Assembly (NCBI RefSeq): GCF_030684315.1
Contig: NC_081397.1
Location: forward strand, 13,726,421-13,789,065
DNA length: 62,645 nucleotides
Direction: 5' to 3'
DNA from: Stegostoma tigrinum
Taxonomy: Eukaryota
The notes below the pieces were generated by a model. It searched no databases, was not told the origin of the DNA, and saw only the letters and a program-made list of their open reading frames with translations. Positions 39,798 to 52,149 of the stretch are shown here, piece after piece. The translations under genes were made by a program, and so were the position numbers. Positions within the stretch are counted from its first letter, which is position 1. Each line of letters starts with the position of its first letter.

Positions 39798-39932
39798 TGT
39801 GGAGCTGGATGAACACAGCAGGCCAAGCAGCATCTTAGGAGCACAAAAGCTGATGTTTCGGGCCTCGACCCTTCATCCAGCTCCACACTTTGTTACCTCG
39901 GATTCTCCAGCATCTGCAGTTCCCAGTATCTC
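39798..39932 (+). mobile_element. PLE-pLTR-derived fold-back insertion
   Basis: GTGTGGAGCTGGATGAA...TTCATCCAGCTCCACAC arms; 16-bp direct repeat CGAGACTGGATCATTG at 39782-39797 and 39933-39948. Confidence 0.85.
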
Positions 39933-40316
39933 CGAGACTGGATCATTGAACATTTTTAAGGCAGAGGTGGGCAGATACTTGTTCAGCCAGGGAATCAAAA
40001 CTTATTGGGTGTAGCTAGAGATTCAAAACATGATCTTATCGGTCATCATCGTATTGAATGATGGAGCAGGCGGGACGGCCCGATAGTTTATATGTTAGCT
40101 GTTGTGTTCATACATTTGACACGGAGCCAAATGCCATACCAGGACAGATGCATGACTTTGTATTTTTATGGGGAGACTCTCACTTCCATTAATTCTGTTC
40201 TAAATCAATTCCACAGGATATTGGAAGGAGAGGATTTACAGTCGGGGAAACTGCAACCGATCAGGATTTCAGTGTGGCCCAATTTGGTGTAACCTGAATC
40301 TCATTGGGTTTTGAAC

Positions 40317-40787
40317 ATGGAAGGAGAATACACTGTTGACAGCGGTCAGAAACTGTACATGTGTGATGTGTGTGCACGAGCATTCAGCCGATCATCTGAC
40401 CTCTCGAAACATAAACGGAGTCACAAGGAGAAACTGTGGAAATGTGGGGACTGTGGGAATGGATTCAGATCCTCGACTGAACTGGAAATTCATCGGCGCA
40501 GTCACACTGGGGAGAAACCATTCTCCTGCTCTGAATGTGGCAAGGGATTCAGTCAGAAATCCCACCTGCTGAGACACCAGCGAGTTCACACTGGGGAGAG
40601 ACCATTCTCCTGCTCTGAGTGTGGGCAGGGATTCACTAATTCCTCCAACCTGCTGATACACCAGCGAGTTCACACTGGGGAGAGGCCGTTCATCTGCTGT
40701 ACGTGCGGCAAGGGATTCACTTTGGCTTCCAGCCTCCAGACTCATCAACAAATTCACACTGGGGAGAGGCCATTCACCAGCTCCTAG
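40317..40787 (+). CDS. C2H2 zinc-finger protein, 5 tandem fingers, 156 aa
   Basis: Five C-x2-C-x12-H-x3-H units, most joined by TGEKPF/TGERPF linkers; ATG in AACATGG context; acceptor TTCCACAG|G at 40216/40217. Confidence 0.85.
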   Translation: MEGEYTVDSGQKLYMCDVCARAFSRSSDLSKHKRSHKEKLWKCGDCGNGFRSSTELEIHRRSHTGEKPFSCSECGKGFSQKSHLLRHQRVHTGERPFSCSECGQGFTNSSNLLIHQRVHTGERPFICCTCGKGFTLASSLQTHQQIHTGERPFTSS

Positions 40788-41689
40788 TGTGGGAGGGGGA
40801 TTTTTTGACACATCCAGCTTGATGACACGTGGGTGAATTCACACTGATGAGAGAGTGTTTACCTGTTCCCACTGTAGGACAGTGTTGAGTCAGTTCAGAT
40901 AAATGACTGTACATCAGCAGATTGTCTGTGGAGAAGCTGAGTGAGGGGATTCACTGAATCTGCCACCTTGTGGACAGTTCACACTGGGGAGAGGCTGTTC
41001 ACTTTCTCTGTGTCAGGGAAGGGATTCATTGAGTTATGGAAACTGCTGAAATGTCAGTGAGATCCTGAGTAACTGCCGTGATGAAGGATGTATAATTTAT
41101 ATAAATTTCAGTTTGGAAGTTGGCTTTTATAATAGTGACACTGAATTTGGTTCATTTTCTGAAAGTTTTCTTTGAAAGAAAAAGTGTGAATCCTTGTGAA
41201 ACAGTGACCTTCCTCCAGCACTGCTCAGAATGCAAGTGGCTGTGGAGCCCCATGTGGAGTGAATGGGAAATTGTTTAGACTCTTGTTGATTTGCAATGGA
41301 TGAGCAAACATCAAAGGACATTATCTTGTTTTCAGTTCAGAGTAATCAAGGATTGATTTTTCTTTATAAACCCAGGGTTAGAAGGTATTTTGTTTAGTTT
41401 GGAGATAGGACTAAGATCAGAATCAAGTTTAGTCTGTCTACTATAGAGAGCTCAGAATAATTCAGTGGAAACAAAAGAACAAAAAGTTACCTGAGTAGAA
41501 CTTCTGAGGAGGGTTTGGTTTGAGCTGTGATGGTATTAGAAGCGGAAAATGTTTATTCTCTGAAATTTGAGAGTATTCCTGAAAGAAAATTCCATAGTTC
41601 ACAGGATGTGTTTGGGCCAAACCAGTTCAGATATAATTTAGAGATTTAATATTTGATGTAATTTCTCTGGATTTAAACCTGTGTAAATA

Positions 41690-42320
41690 AATACGGGCAC
41701 ACAGTTGCAGCAGGTAATCAGGAAGGCTTGTGGAACAATGGCACTTTAAATCTCCAATTTTCTTGAAATAAAGTTGGGATGTCTTCCTGCAACTGTCCAA
41801 GGTGCTGGTGAGACCACATCTCGAATGCTGGGAATAATTTGGCCCCCTTATGGAAGGAAAGGTATTATTTCATTGGAGGTGGTTCAGAGAATGTTCTCCA
41901 GGATATTCCTTTGTATGGAGGGACTGTCATGTGAGCAAAGGCTAAACTTTGTGGGAGTCTACTCACTGGAGTTCAGAAGAATGAGAAGTGATGAAACGTA
42001 TTAAATTAGGCTTGAAAGGGTAAATGTTGAGAGGATTTTTCACTTGCTGGAAGAATCTCTGTCCAAAGTGCATTGTCTCAGAATATAGGGCCACCACCAA
42101 TTTAAGACAGATGAGGAGGAATTTCTTCTGTGGAGCGTTGGGAGCCTGTGGAACTTGTTGCCACAGAACAGGGAGGCAAAGTCGGGCCTAGTCTAAAATG
42201 AAGGCTGATGTAGATTCTTGATGAAGAATTATGGGAAAATCACAGGAAAGCAGCCATGAAGAATGTCAGATCAGCCCTGATTCTGTACAATGGCAGAGCA
42301 GGCTCAAGGGACCAAATGGT
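41690..42320 (+). mobile_element. CR1 3' fragment
   Basis: LEVVQRMFSRIFLCMEGLSCEQRLNFVGVYSLEFRRMRSD (41774-42004). Confidence 0.8.
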
Positions 42321-43919
42321 GCTGTTGAGAAATATTGTTATTGTTGAGGAACATTGTTTTTCTCTCTGTTTTTGTCTTGCGTAATTACAATTTGTCTTTT
42401 TTGATTTTGCTGAAGAATCTCTGCAGCGTCACATGACTGACCACCATGTCAACCAAAATAAAAGAGTATCTCACTTGGAGATAGTCAGACACACAATTAA
42501 ACTGTCACCCAATGTACCAGAAGATGTGGAAATAAAGTGTCATCCGGTATAAAATAATAAATGAAATTCAATTCCACCTGATACTCTAGTTGTTCAATAA
42601 TTTACCCCATATTTACTCACAGGAGCAAAGACTGTCAGAAGCAGAGTGAAAGTCTCGCTTGCGTACCAGACTAAAGGTGGATATTTACAGAAGAAATCCC
42701 TCCCTCTCCCAGAGAGCAACTTTCAAAGTGAATAAAGCTCAAACAGCCCTCCAACTCCATTTTAATTTAATCCCTACTTCCTGTCACGTTTTTCATGTTG
42801 TTATTGCCCTGGTCACATCGTGTTTTTGCTGGTGTGAAAAGTCCAGCAGCTGTTTTGGTGTATCTCGGTTCAATTTGAAAGCCTCTCACTGACAGTAGAA
42901 AGCCTCATTTACAGCATTCTACCACCAGGCAGAACCCCTGCAGAGAGTTACAAAATTAATTTTAAAAAGAGAAACATATAAAATCTATTTGCAGAACTTG
43001 GAGGGAAACAATTTTCTTTTACTTGCTGACAAGGGATGGGACACTTGTTTGCTGGGTGTGAAACTCAGGGTTCGTATTCCACCAGGGTTTGAATCTCCTG
43101 CACTAATGGAGTATTAAAAAGGAACTTAAACACACAGAAGTAGCTGAAAAATGACACTCTGGTGTGTAATTTGCCCTTTCTCTGGAGATGCAGGGAAAAT
43201 GGGATGCATGTGAATGCATCTGAGAATAAGGTGTGCATCGGGTCAGTGATCACTTGTTAATTTATGCAACATTTGTAAAATACACAATGCACATTCCCAG
43301 AATAACAATGGTTTAACTGACCTAACCTGGATATGCTTCAAGTATTTATTCAGACAAAGCTTTCCCTGATATAATCTCCCCTATTTAAATGTAACTCTAT
43401 TCCAGTTGTTGTCAGAATTATGATGGGAGAGCTGAAATGGCCATGTGAGGGACAAATGTATTGATGGTGCAGGGATAAAGTCAGTTTTTGTTTTGAATAT
43501 CTGACTGTGCACAGGATCCCAGATCATAGCATGAGTTTTGAGATTGCTAAAACTGCTATGGTGTAAACAAGGAAAAGAAACGGAGCCAACTTCAGAAGGA
43601 TGCAGGGATTCTGATAAAATGGACAACAAACCAATGGGTGGGATGTGAAATGGGTGCAGGGGCAGTGAAAGTTCTGGTTTAATTTACGTTAAACTGAATC
43701 TTACGTATGTGAAAAATAAGGCTGGAGTTCTGTCTTTTCAGGGAAGGCATGTTAAGAACTGTTTTATTCATTCTTGCATTTTAGCAAATGTTAGTTTGTT
43801 TGGCACAAAAATAGGGGGAGTTGTATGATGGAGAATTCTGTTCCCATAACTTGCTTCTGTGCTTCACACGAATATACAGAAAAGCTTACATGTCAGATCA
43901 GCCACTGCATTTACTTGTT

Positions 43920-44750
43920 TGTCATAGTCATAGCATTTTACAGCTTGGAAACAGGCCCTTTGGTCAACATGGACGAGTTGGTCCAGACCACCTAATTTAA
44001 TCTAGTCCCATTTACCAGAATTTGACCTTTATCCCTCTAAACCCTTCCTTATTCATATACACTTTCAGATGCTTTTGAAATACAGTAATTGTACCGGCCT
44101 CCACAACCTCCTCTGGCAGCTCATTCCAGGCATGCACGATCCTCTGAAAAAGGTTGCATCTTGGTCACTTATTAACCACCTCACACCTTAAAACTGTACC
44201 CCCACCAGCCCCAGTTTTTGGATTTTGCCACCCGAGGGAAAAGACCTTGATACTCACCATATCCATCTCCCTCATGATTTTCTAAACCTCTAGAGAAGGT
44301 CACTTCAGCTGCCGAGGTTCCAGGGTTGAACGAAACAATAGCCCCAACCTATTCAACCTCTCCGAACAGCTCAAATCCTCAACCCTGGCAACATCCTTGT
44401 CAATCTTTTCTGAGCCATTTCTCGTTTCACAACATCCTTTGTGTAGCAGGGAGACCAGAATTACACACAGTATTGCAAGAGTGGCCAAACAGATGTCCTG
44501 TCCAGATGCAACATGACCTCCCAACTCCCATACTCCATGCACTGACCAATACAGACAGGCATACCAAATACCTTCTTCACTATCCCATCTACTTACAACT
44601 CCACTTTCAAGGAACTATTAATCTGCACTACAACGCCTCTTTGTTCAGGAACATTCCCCATCATGGTGTGCAAGTTCTGACCTGATTTGGCTTTCTGAAA
44701 AAAAAGCACCTCACAATTATTTGATGAAAACTCCATCTGCCACTCATTTG
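43920..44750 (-). mobile_element. CR1 3' fragment
   Basis: EWQMEFSSNNCEVL (44593-44787) and LSCSERLNRLGL (44300-44542). Confidence 0.8.
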
Positions 44751-45290
44751 AGTTCATTCCACAAATTAACAGTTTCTCCAATTCCATACTAAATTGTTAC
44801 GACTTTCAAATCTCAATTGTCTAAATATAAAAAAAGAGAATTGCAAATGAAATAAAGCTCCTGGGTGGATTCATTCACTCCCATCTCACCGTTGGGTGCA
44901 GGTCTCACATTGACTATTTCCTCGTGATTGTATGTGATATGATACAGTGCCCCCTAGGGAGCATTTCAAACAGTGTAGCATTAAATTGCAAAAGGATATC
45001 GAAGCCTGTCATTCACACTCATATTTAGTATCCTATATATAAACCACGGCAATCCACTCGATTAAATTCTACCCATAAGCATTGGTATCAGTCATCCTAG
45101 AATGGAATCGCCAGAACCATCGATTAGATGCTCGTTTGTTTTAAATACTCGTTTCAGCTTATTCATCAAAAAAACCAATGTTGAAATAAAACAAATTGAA
45201 CAATCTCAAATCTTGAAAAATCAAACATTCAACACAAAATACAGCAGTCAACAACTGCTTAAGTGGTAAACGGGCAGCCTCCATTCCCCC

Positions 45291-45350
45291 TTCAGAGCCA
45301 CCACAACCTTACATTGAGAACGGAGACCCGAGAAGAGGAAAAACAGCACA
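45291..45350 (+). pseudogene. orphan H4-type 3' end (right half of stem-loop plus downstream flank)
   Basis: TTCAGAGCCACCACAACCTTACATTGAGAACGGAGACCCGAG aligns with 46792-46833 downstream of intact H4; no left stem arm and no CDS. Confidence 0.6.
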
Positions 45351-45672
45351 GGCGGAAGGGCTACCGTACCACAGATAGTTTTATCTGGTCGAATGCATCA
45401 TGTCAAGGGATACTGAATTGTTTTACGGCTTCCGGGGTTATTATTTCCCGATTTCTAAACTTGTTGCTATTCCTCTAACAGTGTCAGATCTTTCCAATAC
45501 AATTACAGGAAACTACCTCATGGATACATTCCGTCCGGGCGGATTATAGCTCAATAACACTAACAATAATGGCAGGGTGAGTATTGTGTTACCAGTCTCC
45601 CAGTAATACAGAGGACATTAAAATTAACTCGGCTGTGGTGAGGGTCCAGTTTCTTTCACTGATGTTGTGGGT

Positions 45673-45688
45673 GGCTCTTAAAAGAGCC
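45673..45688 (-). terminator. histone 3' stem-loop of truncated H2A
   Basis: GGCTCTTTTAAGAGCC followed by ACCCA and a purine-rich GAAAGAAAC. Confidence 0.9.
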
Positions 45689-45718
45689 TTTGGGTTGTCA
45701 GGTTACAGAACGGCCCCT

Positions 45719-46018
<300 letters not shown>

Positions 46019-46074
46019 TCAAGCAAACCAGTAATAGAGACAATGGCTCAGCTTCTTTCAATGAAGTTGTGGGT

Positions 46075-46179
46075 GGCTCTTAGAAGAGCCTTTGGGTTTT
46101 GGATGTGTTTTTCTCAGCAGAATGTGGTGTCTCACTTGGAGCTGGTGTTCTTGCTCACCGCCTTTTTGCTATCTTTCAT
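46075..46179 (-). pseudogene. H2B: histone H2B 3' remnant with stem-loop
   Basis: KAVSKNTSSK* versus [10 protein letters not shown]; 3' UTR matches 51154-51210; stem-loop GGCTCTTCTAAGAGCC at 46075-46090. Confidence 0.8.
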
Positions 46180-46357
46180 CGTGAAACTTGATTCTGCAGG
46201 TTTTCTGCCGGGCCTTGTGTTCACTGCCCTTGTGGAGAAAAGGTTTAGTTCCAGATCCAGTTGGTGGCGGCAGTATTCTGGAGGCGGAGCTGGACATTTC
46301 TCTGTCTGTCACTCAGTTTCCTGCCCGGGCCGCCTCTCACTCTCTGTCAGCCCTTTC

Positions 46358-46386
46358 TCAGTCAGGTCGGGGCGGGCTGTATAAAA
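46358..46386 (+). promoter_or_regulatory. H4 promoter
   Basis: TCAGTCAGGTCG (H4 site II-like) 46358-46369, GC box GGGGCGGG, TATAAAA 46380-46386. Confidence 0.7.
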
Positions 46387-46433
46387 AAGGAAGGTGAGGC
46401 AGCTCGGGTCTGATTCCGCAGCGATTGGAGTGA

Positions 46434-46754
<321 letters not shown>

Positions 46755-46784
46755 ACAAATCGTCCCTTTTCCAGCGAATCCAAA

Positions 46785-46800
46785 GGCTCTTTTCAGAGCC
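46785..46800 (+). terminator. histone 3' stem-loop of H4
   Basis: GGCTCTTTTCAGAGCC followed by ACCCA and purine-rich GAGAGCGGAG. Confidence 0.95.
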
Positions 46801-48387
46801 ACCCAAACCCTCCGATTGAGAGCGGAGACCCGAGGATGGGAAAAGGCAGCACATAGGGAGTGGACAGTGTACTGCAGCTGGTTATTTCATTTCGAGATAT
46901 TTGATTTTGGATCACTCTTTAAAGACAATACATAAAGTTCACGCTCAGCGCTACAGGAGTGAAAACAGGTAGAGCGGAGCATTCACTTTGTTGCTGTCTC
47001 CTATAACGAATGTTTTACATTTAAAATATCCCTTCAGTGCAGATAGAGGCTTTTCAGCCGTTCGAGAATACACTGATATTGCTGCTGATTATATCACATT
47101 GCGACTAAGATACAGAAGTCGGCTCTGTCATTCGATCATGGCTGATTGGTTTCTCAACCCTGATGTGCCTTCTCCCCTTGACCTTAGACCCTTTTTCTTA
47201 CGAACACCTCTCTGTCTCGGTAACAATACCAGTATGTGTAGTTAGTTGTTAACACCATGAATAATAATGTGTTCTTCCATGAGTTTTGGGACCCAGAGGC
47301 GAATGATACATTTCACAGTATTTGTACTTCATTGACCCTTCCAGGAATGATTTGTTGTTCAGTTTTCACTCTCACAGCCGTGCCGCTGTTTTCGTGCCGT
47401 ATTCTTTCTATCTGCCTGTTACAGACAGGACTGGCAGCAATTGCAAGTTGTGTGCGGGCTAATTATGGTCTGGGTGTAATTTAAAAAAGTACCGATAAAG
47501 TGACATTTTGTATTTTTACCGTCGCATACTGTGCTAGCTTTTAAGATGTTTAAATCGGCGTGTTGTTTAGATTAACCACGGTTTCACGTTCGGTTGATCA
47601 GTTTCGCTGGACTGCATCAAACCCCGCGCTTTGCTCCTGCCTGTTTCAGGCAATGATCCAAAGTGCTGGCCGCGCAGACTGCAATCTCTGTTACAAAGAA
47701 AATTCTATAACGTATTCGGCACAATACAAGTTGCAGACGAATGGTGTTTTACGTTTTAATATTTATTCATTCTCAGGGTGAAATCAGCGGATTATTTCAA
47801 ATCGGTTAACTGCAAATGAGTTTGTCAATCAGCCTTCAACAATTATTGCTTTTAAATTTGAAAAGCCCGCCAAAACATACAAAGGATTTATAAGTTTAGG
47901 TCACACAATCTCCCTTTTGGCCCGGTCCCCGCTCGTGTTTGTCGGTTGATCCCCTTGGTCGGTACAGAATCGATTTGCCATTTTTCTCCTGTGCAGGTAC
48001 TCAACGGTGTTGTTCCCTGACGGAACAATGGGGACAGCATTTTGATTGTTTAATGCCGCAGTCCCTTACAGCTAAAACTCCACGTTTACTATTCCAGGGC
48101 GACAGCTGTTCTTGTTTTATCTTGACCAGATAAGGCCCTCAGTGACGGTGAGCGGACCCTAAACGTGAACTGTTTTCACTTGCACAAATTTTGCCAGACT
48201 GGTGAAGCTTTTCCAGAAATTGAACCAATATAAAAATCTGAGAAAAAAATATTTTTTAAGAAATCTAAAATAAAAAAGGAAAGTTTAATTATCGCAATTT
48301 CATTTACACAGTCCCCAGACTTGACAGAAAAGGAAAAATAACCAACCAGCAGTGACAGTCTAACTGCTTTTCATTGATGTTGTGGGT

Positions 48388-48403
48388 GGCTCTTAAAAGA
48401 GCC
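48388..48403 (-). terminator. histone 3' stem-loop of H2A
   Basis: GGCTCTTTTAAGAGCC followed by ACCCA and GAAAAGCAG. Confidence 0.95.
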
Positions 48404-48433
48404 TTTGGGTTGTCAGGTTACAGAACGGCCCCT

Positions 48434-48995
<562 letters not shown>

Positions 48996-49019
48996 CCGGA
49001 GAGGGCCCGGGGAGGAGGC

Positions 49020-50830
49020 CGGAAAATCCCGGCGCCAAATCATCAACCGCTTTCTTTCAAACTCGAAAAGCCCGCCAATAGTTTCAAAACGGCAAGAAGT
49101 TTTACGAAGAAGAATGCGTTCATATTCCAGATAATTTACTTTTAGAATACAACTGTATATTTCATACAATCTCTCTCTGATTCCCAGGCCTAAGTGAATC
49201 GATGTGATTATGATTTTGCTTTTTACCCTGATCCTTAAGAATAAACAGATGGCAGAAAAAGAGCCCGGCGTAAGTTACTCTCTGAACAAATTCATTTTAT
49301 TTCACATCAGCACCCGGATACATTGATAAAAGCATCGCACAGCTATTTCTTTCCCGTTGAGCGCATGACCGTTTTAAACAATATTGACAATCGCGCTCCC
49401 TATTGCACGGGATCAACAATATTTCTACTTTTGCGATGCCAGTCCGCCAGCTGTTCTGCTTTCATCTCGGTTCACTTTGAAATTTTCCCACCGACAGCAG
49501 AAAGCCTCATTTATGAGCTTTCTGCAAAACCGCGGGGAGATTTGAAAATAAAACAAAATTCCTCTGCGTGGAAACCGGAGGAAAATGCCGGCGCCAAATC
49601 ATCAACCGCTTTCTTTCAAACTCGAAAAGCCCGCCAATATGTACAAAACAGTAAGAAGTCAAACAAAGAAAAATGCAAAAGTATTTGAAGTAATTTACTT
49701 TCAGATTACACCGACATGCTTCACTCAATCTCAGTCATTCCCTAGCCTCCATACATCTGTATTTATGTTCTTGAAAGGATTGTTTGCTCGAACTTTACGA
49801 ATAAACGGAAGCAAAAAACAAACCTGCCAAAATCCGTTCCCTGCATAGATACTATTTCACATCAGCACCCGGTGATATTGATAAAAGATAATAAAATGTG
49901 AGGCTGGATGAACACAGCAGGCCCAGCAGCATCTCAGGAGCACAAAAGCTGACGTTACGGGCCTAGACCCTTCATCAGAGAGCTCTCTGCTGAAGGGACT
50001 CGGCCCGAAACGTCAGCTTTTGTGCTCCTGAGATGCTGCTGGGCCTGCTGTGTTCATCCAGTTTCACATTTTATTATCTTGGATTCTCCAGCATCTGCAG
50101 TTCCCATTATCACTGATATTGATAAAATACTCCTTTTTTCAGGTGAGCGTATTAATGCTTTGGACAATATTTTTAAAATCGCCTTTCCTATTGCCCTCGA
50201 CTGGACTTCTACAATAGTTCCACATTGCCGATGCGAGTCCGGGAGCTATTCTAGTTTCGTTAAGAATCACTTTGAAATTCTCCCATCGGCAGCAGAAAGC
50301 ACCACATACTGCATTTTGAAAAAAACAAAAATCACAAATCCCGCTGAGATTTGGAATTGAATTGCAATTAAATTGCAGGGGGATTTCAGGGTTCAGAACC
50401 CACTGCGATTAGTTTGAAAAATGCTCAAACCCACAAAAGAGGAAAAGGAGTGAATAATTTAATCCTGTATAAGCTCACTCACACTGACATTGCAAATGAA
50501 TACTTTACACAATTTTTCTGTATTGCATTCTCTCTTCTACTCGAATCTGTCCATTTCTGCACTTGAATAGAATTTTCAGAATTTAGCAACAAGCGGAAAT
50601 AGCAAAAAAGAGCACCGCATTCTGCGCATATTTTTATTTCACTTTTCAAGTGCACACCGAATATTGATTAAACCTCGCACAATGTCCTTTTGGGTGAACG
50701 CGTTCACACTTTAAACAACAGCTTGAAGTTGCCCTCCCCTGTTGTCCTTGACCAGTCGTCAGGCACAATTTCACACTTGCTATCGCAATTCGGCAGCTGC
50801 TCTGGCTTTATCTCGGTTCATTGTAAGATT
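49020..50830. repeat. diverged tandem repeat, about 560-bp unit, roughly 2.5 copies, in the H2A-H2B spacer
   Basis: 52-bp identical block CCGGCGCCAAAT...AAGCCCGCCAATA at 49029 and 49588; TATTTCAC...ATTGAT motif recurs near 49298, 49853 and 50635. Confidence 0.8.
49887..50113 (+). mobile_element. PLE-pLTR-derived palindromic insertion with two opposed hammerhead motifs
   Basis: About 98-bp inverted arms centred on AG|CT at 49982/49983; 14-bp direct repeat TGATATTGATAAAA at 49873-49886 and 50114-50127. Confidence 0.9.
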
Positions 50831-51153
50831 AACAGAACAGCAAGTAGATTGTAAAATCTATTCATGGGATTCGATGTTAACTTTGTTTCCCGGGGCCATC
50901 AAGTGTGAAAGAGGAACTTGGAAAAAAAAATGGAAGTTGTTGATAAATGATTCATTGGCGATAATTATGCTCTTTGCAGATACAGGGAAACGAGACAGGG
51001 TACGGCTGCAACCTAAAATAAAGGGCAGATGAGGGATGACACATCGAGTTCTAAAACAATTACGTTATTTTTAAAAAGCCGACTGACATTACTAATACAT
51101 ACCGAAAATCATTTGCAAAAAGTTGGTTCAGCTGTTTCAGCGAAGTTGTGGGT

Positions 51154-51169
51154 GGCTCTGAAAAGAGCC
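51154..51169 (-). terminator. histone 3' stem-loop of H2B
   Basis: GGCTCTTTTCAGAGCC followed by ACCCA and GAAACAGCTG. Confidence 0.95.
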
Positions 51170-51209
51170 GTTGGGTTTTGGATGTGTTTTCTCTGCACAA
51201 TGTGGGGTC

Positions 51210-51590
51210 TCACTTGGAGCTGGTGTACTTGGTCACCGCCTTTGTACCCTCCGACACGGCGTGCTTGGCCAGCTCCCCGGGCAGCAGCAGCCGCACCGCT
51301 GTCTGGATCTCCCGGGAGCTGATGGTGCTGCGCTTGTTGTAATGGGCCAGGCGAGAAGCCTCCCCCGCGATACGCTCAAAAATATCGTTGACGAACGAGT
51401 TCATGATACTCATGGCCCTGGAAGAAATGCCGGTGTCGGGGTGAACCTGCTTCATCACTTTGTAGATATAGATGGCGTAACTTTCTTTCCTGGACTTTCT
51501 CCTCTTCTTACCGCCTTTCGCTGGCGCCTTCTTGATGACTTTCTTGGCGCCCTTCTTGGAAGTTGCCTGCGCTTTCTTCTCATCCACCAT
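51210..51590 (-). CDS. H2B: replication-dependent histone H2B, 126 aa
   Basis: [14 protein letters not shown]...[24 protein letters not shown]...[10 protein letters not shown]; ATG at 51590 (the track start 51596 is GTG). Confidence 0.97.
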   Translation of the reverse strand: MVDEKKAQATSKKGAKKVIKKAPAKGGKKRRKSRKESYAIYIYKVMKQVHPDTGISSRAMSIMNSFVNDIFERIAGEASRLAHYNKRSTISSREIQTAVRLLLPGELAKHAVSEGTKAVTKYTSSK

Positions 51591-51642
51591 CGTCACGATT
51601 ACTTTCAGACACAGAATAAGCGAAAACGGCCTCGGAGCTCGC

Positions 51643-51755
51643 TTTTTATAGCCTGATCACGTCAGCAATGCTAATGAGGGATAAGGGATAAGTCTTGTTC
51701 TTGATTGGACAGTTAAAAAGAATGTCAAACATGACATCAGCCTCGCTGTGATTGG
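51643..51755 (-). promoter_or_regulatory. H2B promoter
   Basis: TATAAAAA 51643-51650, CRE-like TGACGTGA 51657-51664, octamer variant ATTAGCAT 51668-51675, CCAAT at 51704 and 51751. Confidence 0.75.
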
Positions 51756-52149
51756 TTAGTTTATGGAGACAATGCGGATCTGTCAGGATCTTCAATGAAA
51801 TGCGAGACACAAACCAAATTCTGTACACGGAACAAACTCCGAGCTCACTCGCAAATCAACCGGTTATTGTCAGTTAATGATATCTTGAACACAGTATCTG
51901 AGAGATTTTAATTGTGGCAGTGTGTTTTGTTCTACTCAAAGTAATCTTTCTGTGTAATATTATTTCATCTCTCTCTGAGTTCCGCAGGACACTTGTGTCA
52001 TTGAGAGATTCAGGTTTATTGAAGGATAGTTTTGTCCAATATCTGTCAGTCTTTCCTATGTGAAAATGCGAGTGCAGTTATCTATCTGTCCCTGTCTGTT
52101 TATGCAGTGTGAATGAATATCACTCTCTCACAATCTGTTCCTGTCATAC

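Larger units (their letters stand above)
36980..40090 (+). mobile_element. stacked CR1 RT fragments with nested SINE (37180-37480) and PLE-derived insertions
   Basis: TGNYRPV (36950-37192), VDIVYMDFSKTLDKVLHGRL (37555-37902), VDRVVKKAFGTLAFI (38120-38317); second RT remnant from 38590. Confidence 0.75.

Noticed and set aside
52040-52145. Similarity to 54480-54600 (GAGTGCAGTTATC, TCCCTGTCTGTTT)
   Set aside because: Short degenerate repeat with no supportable function
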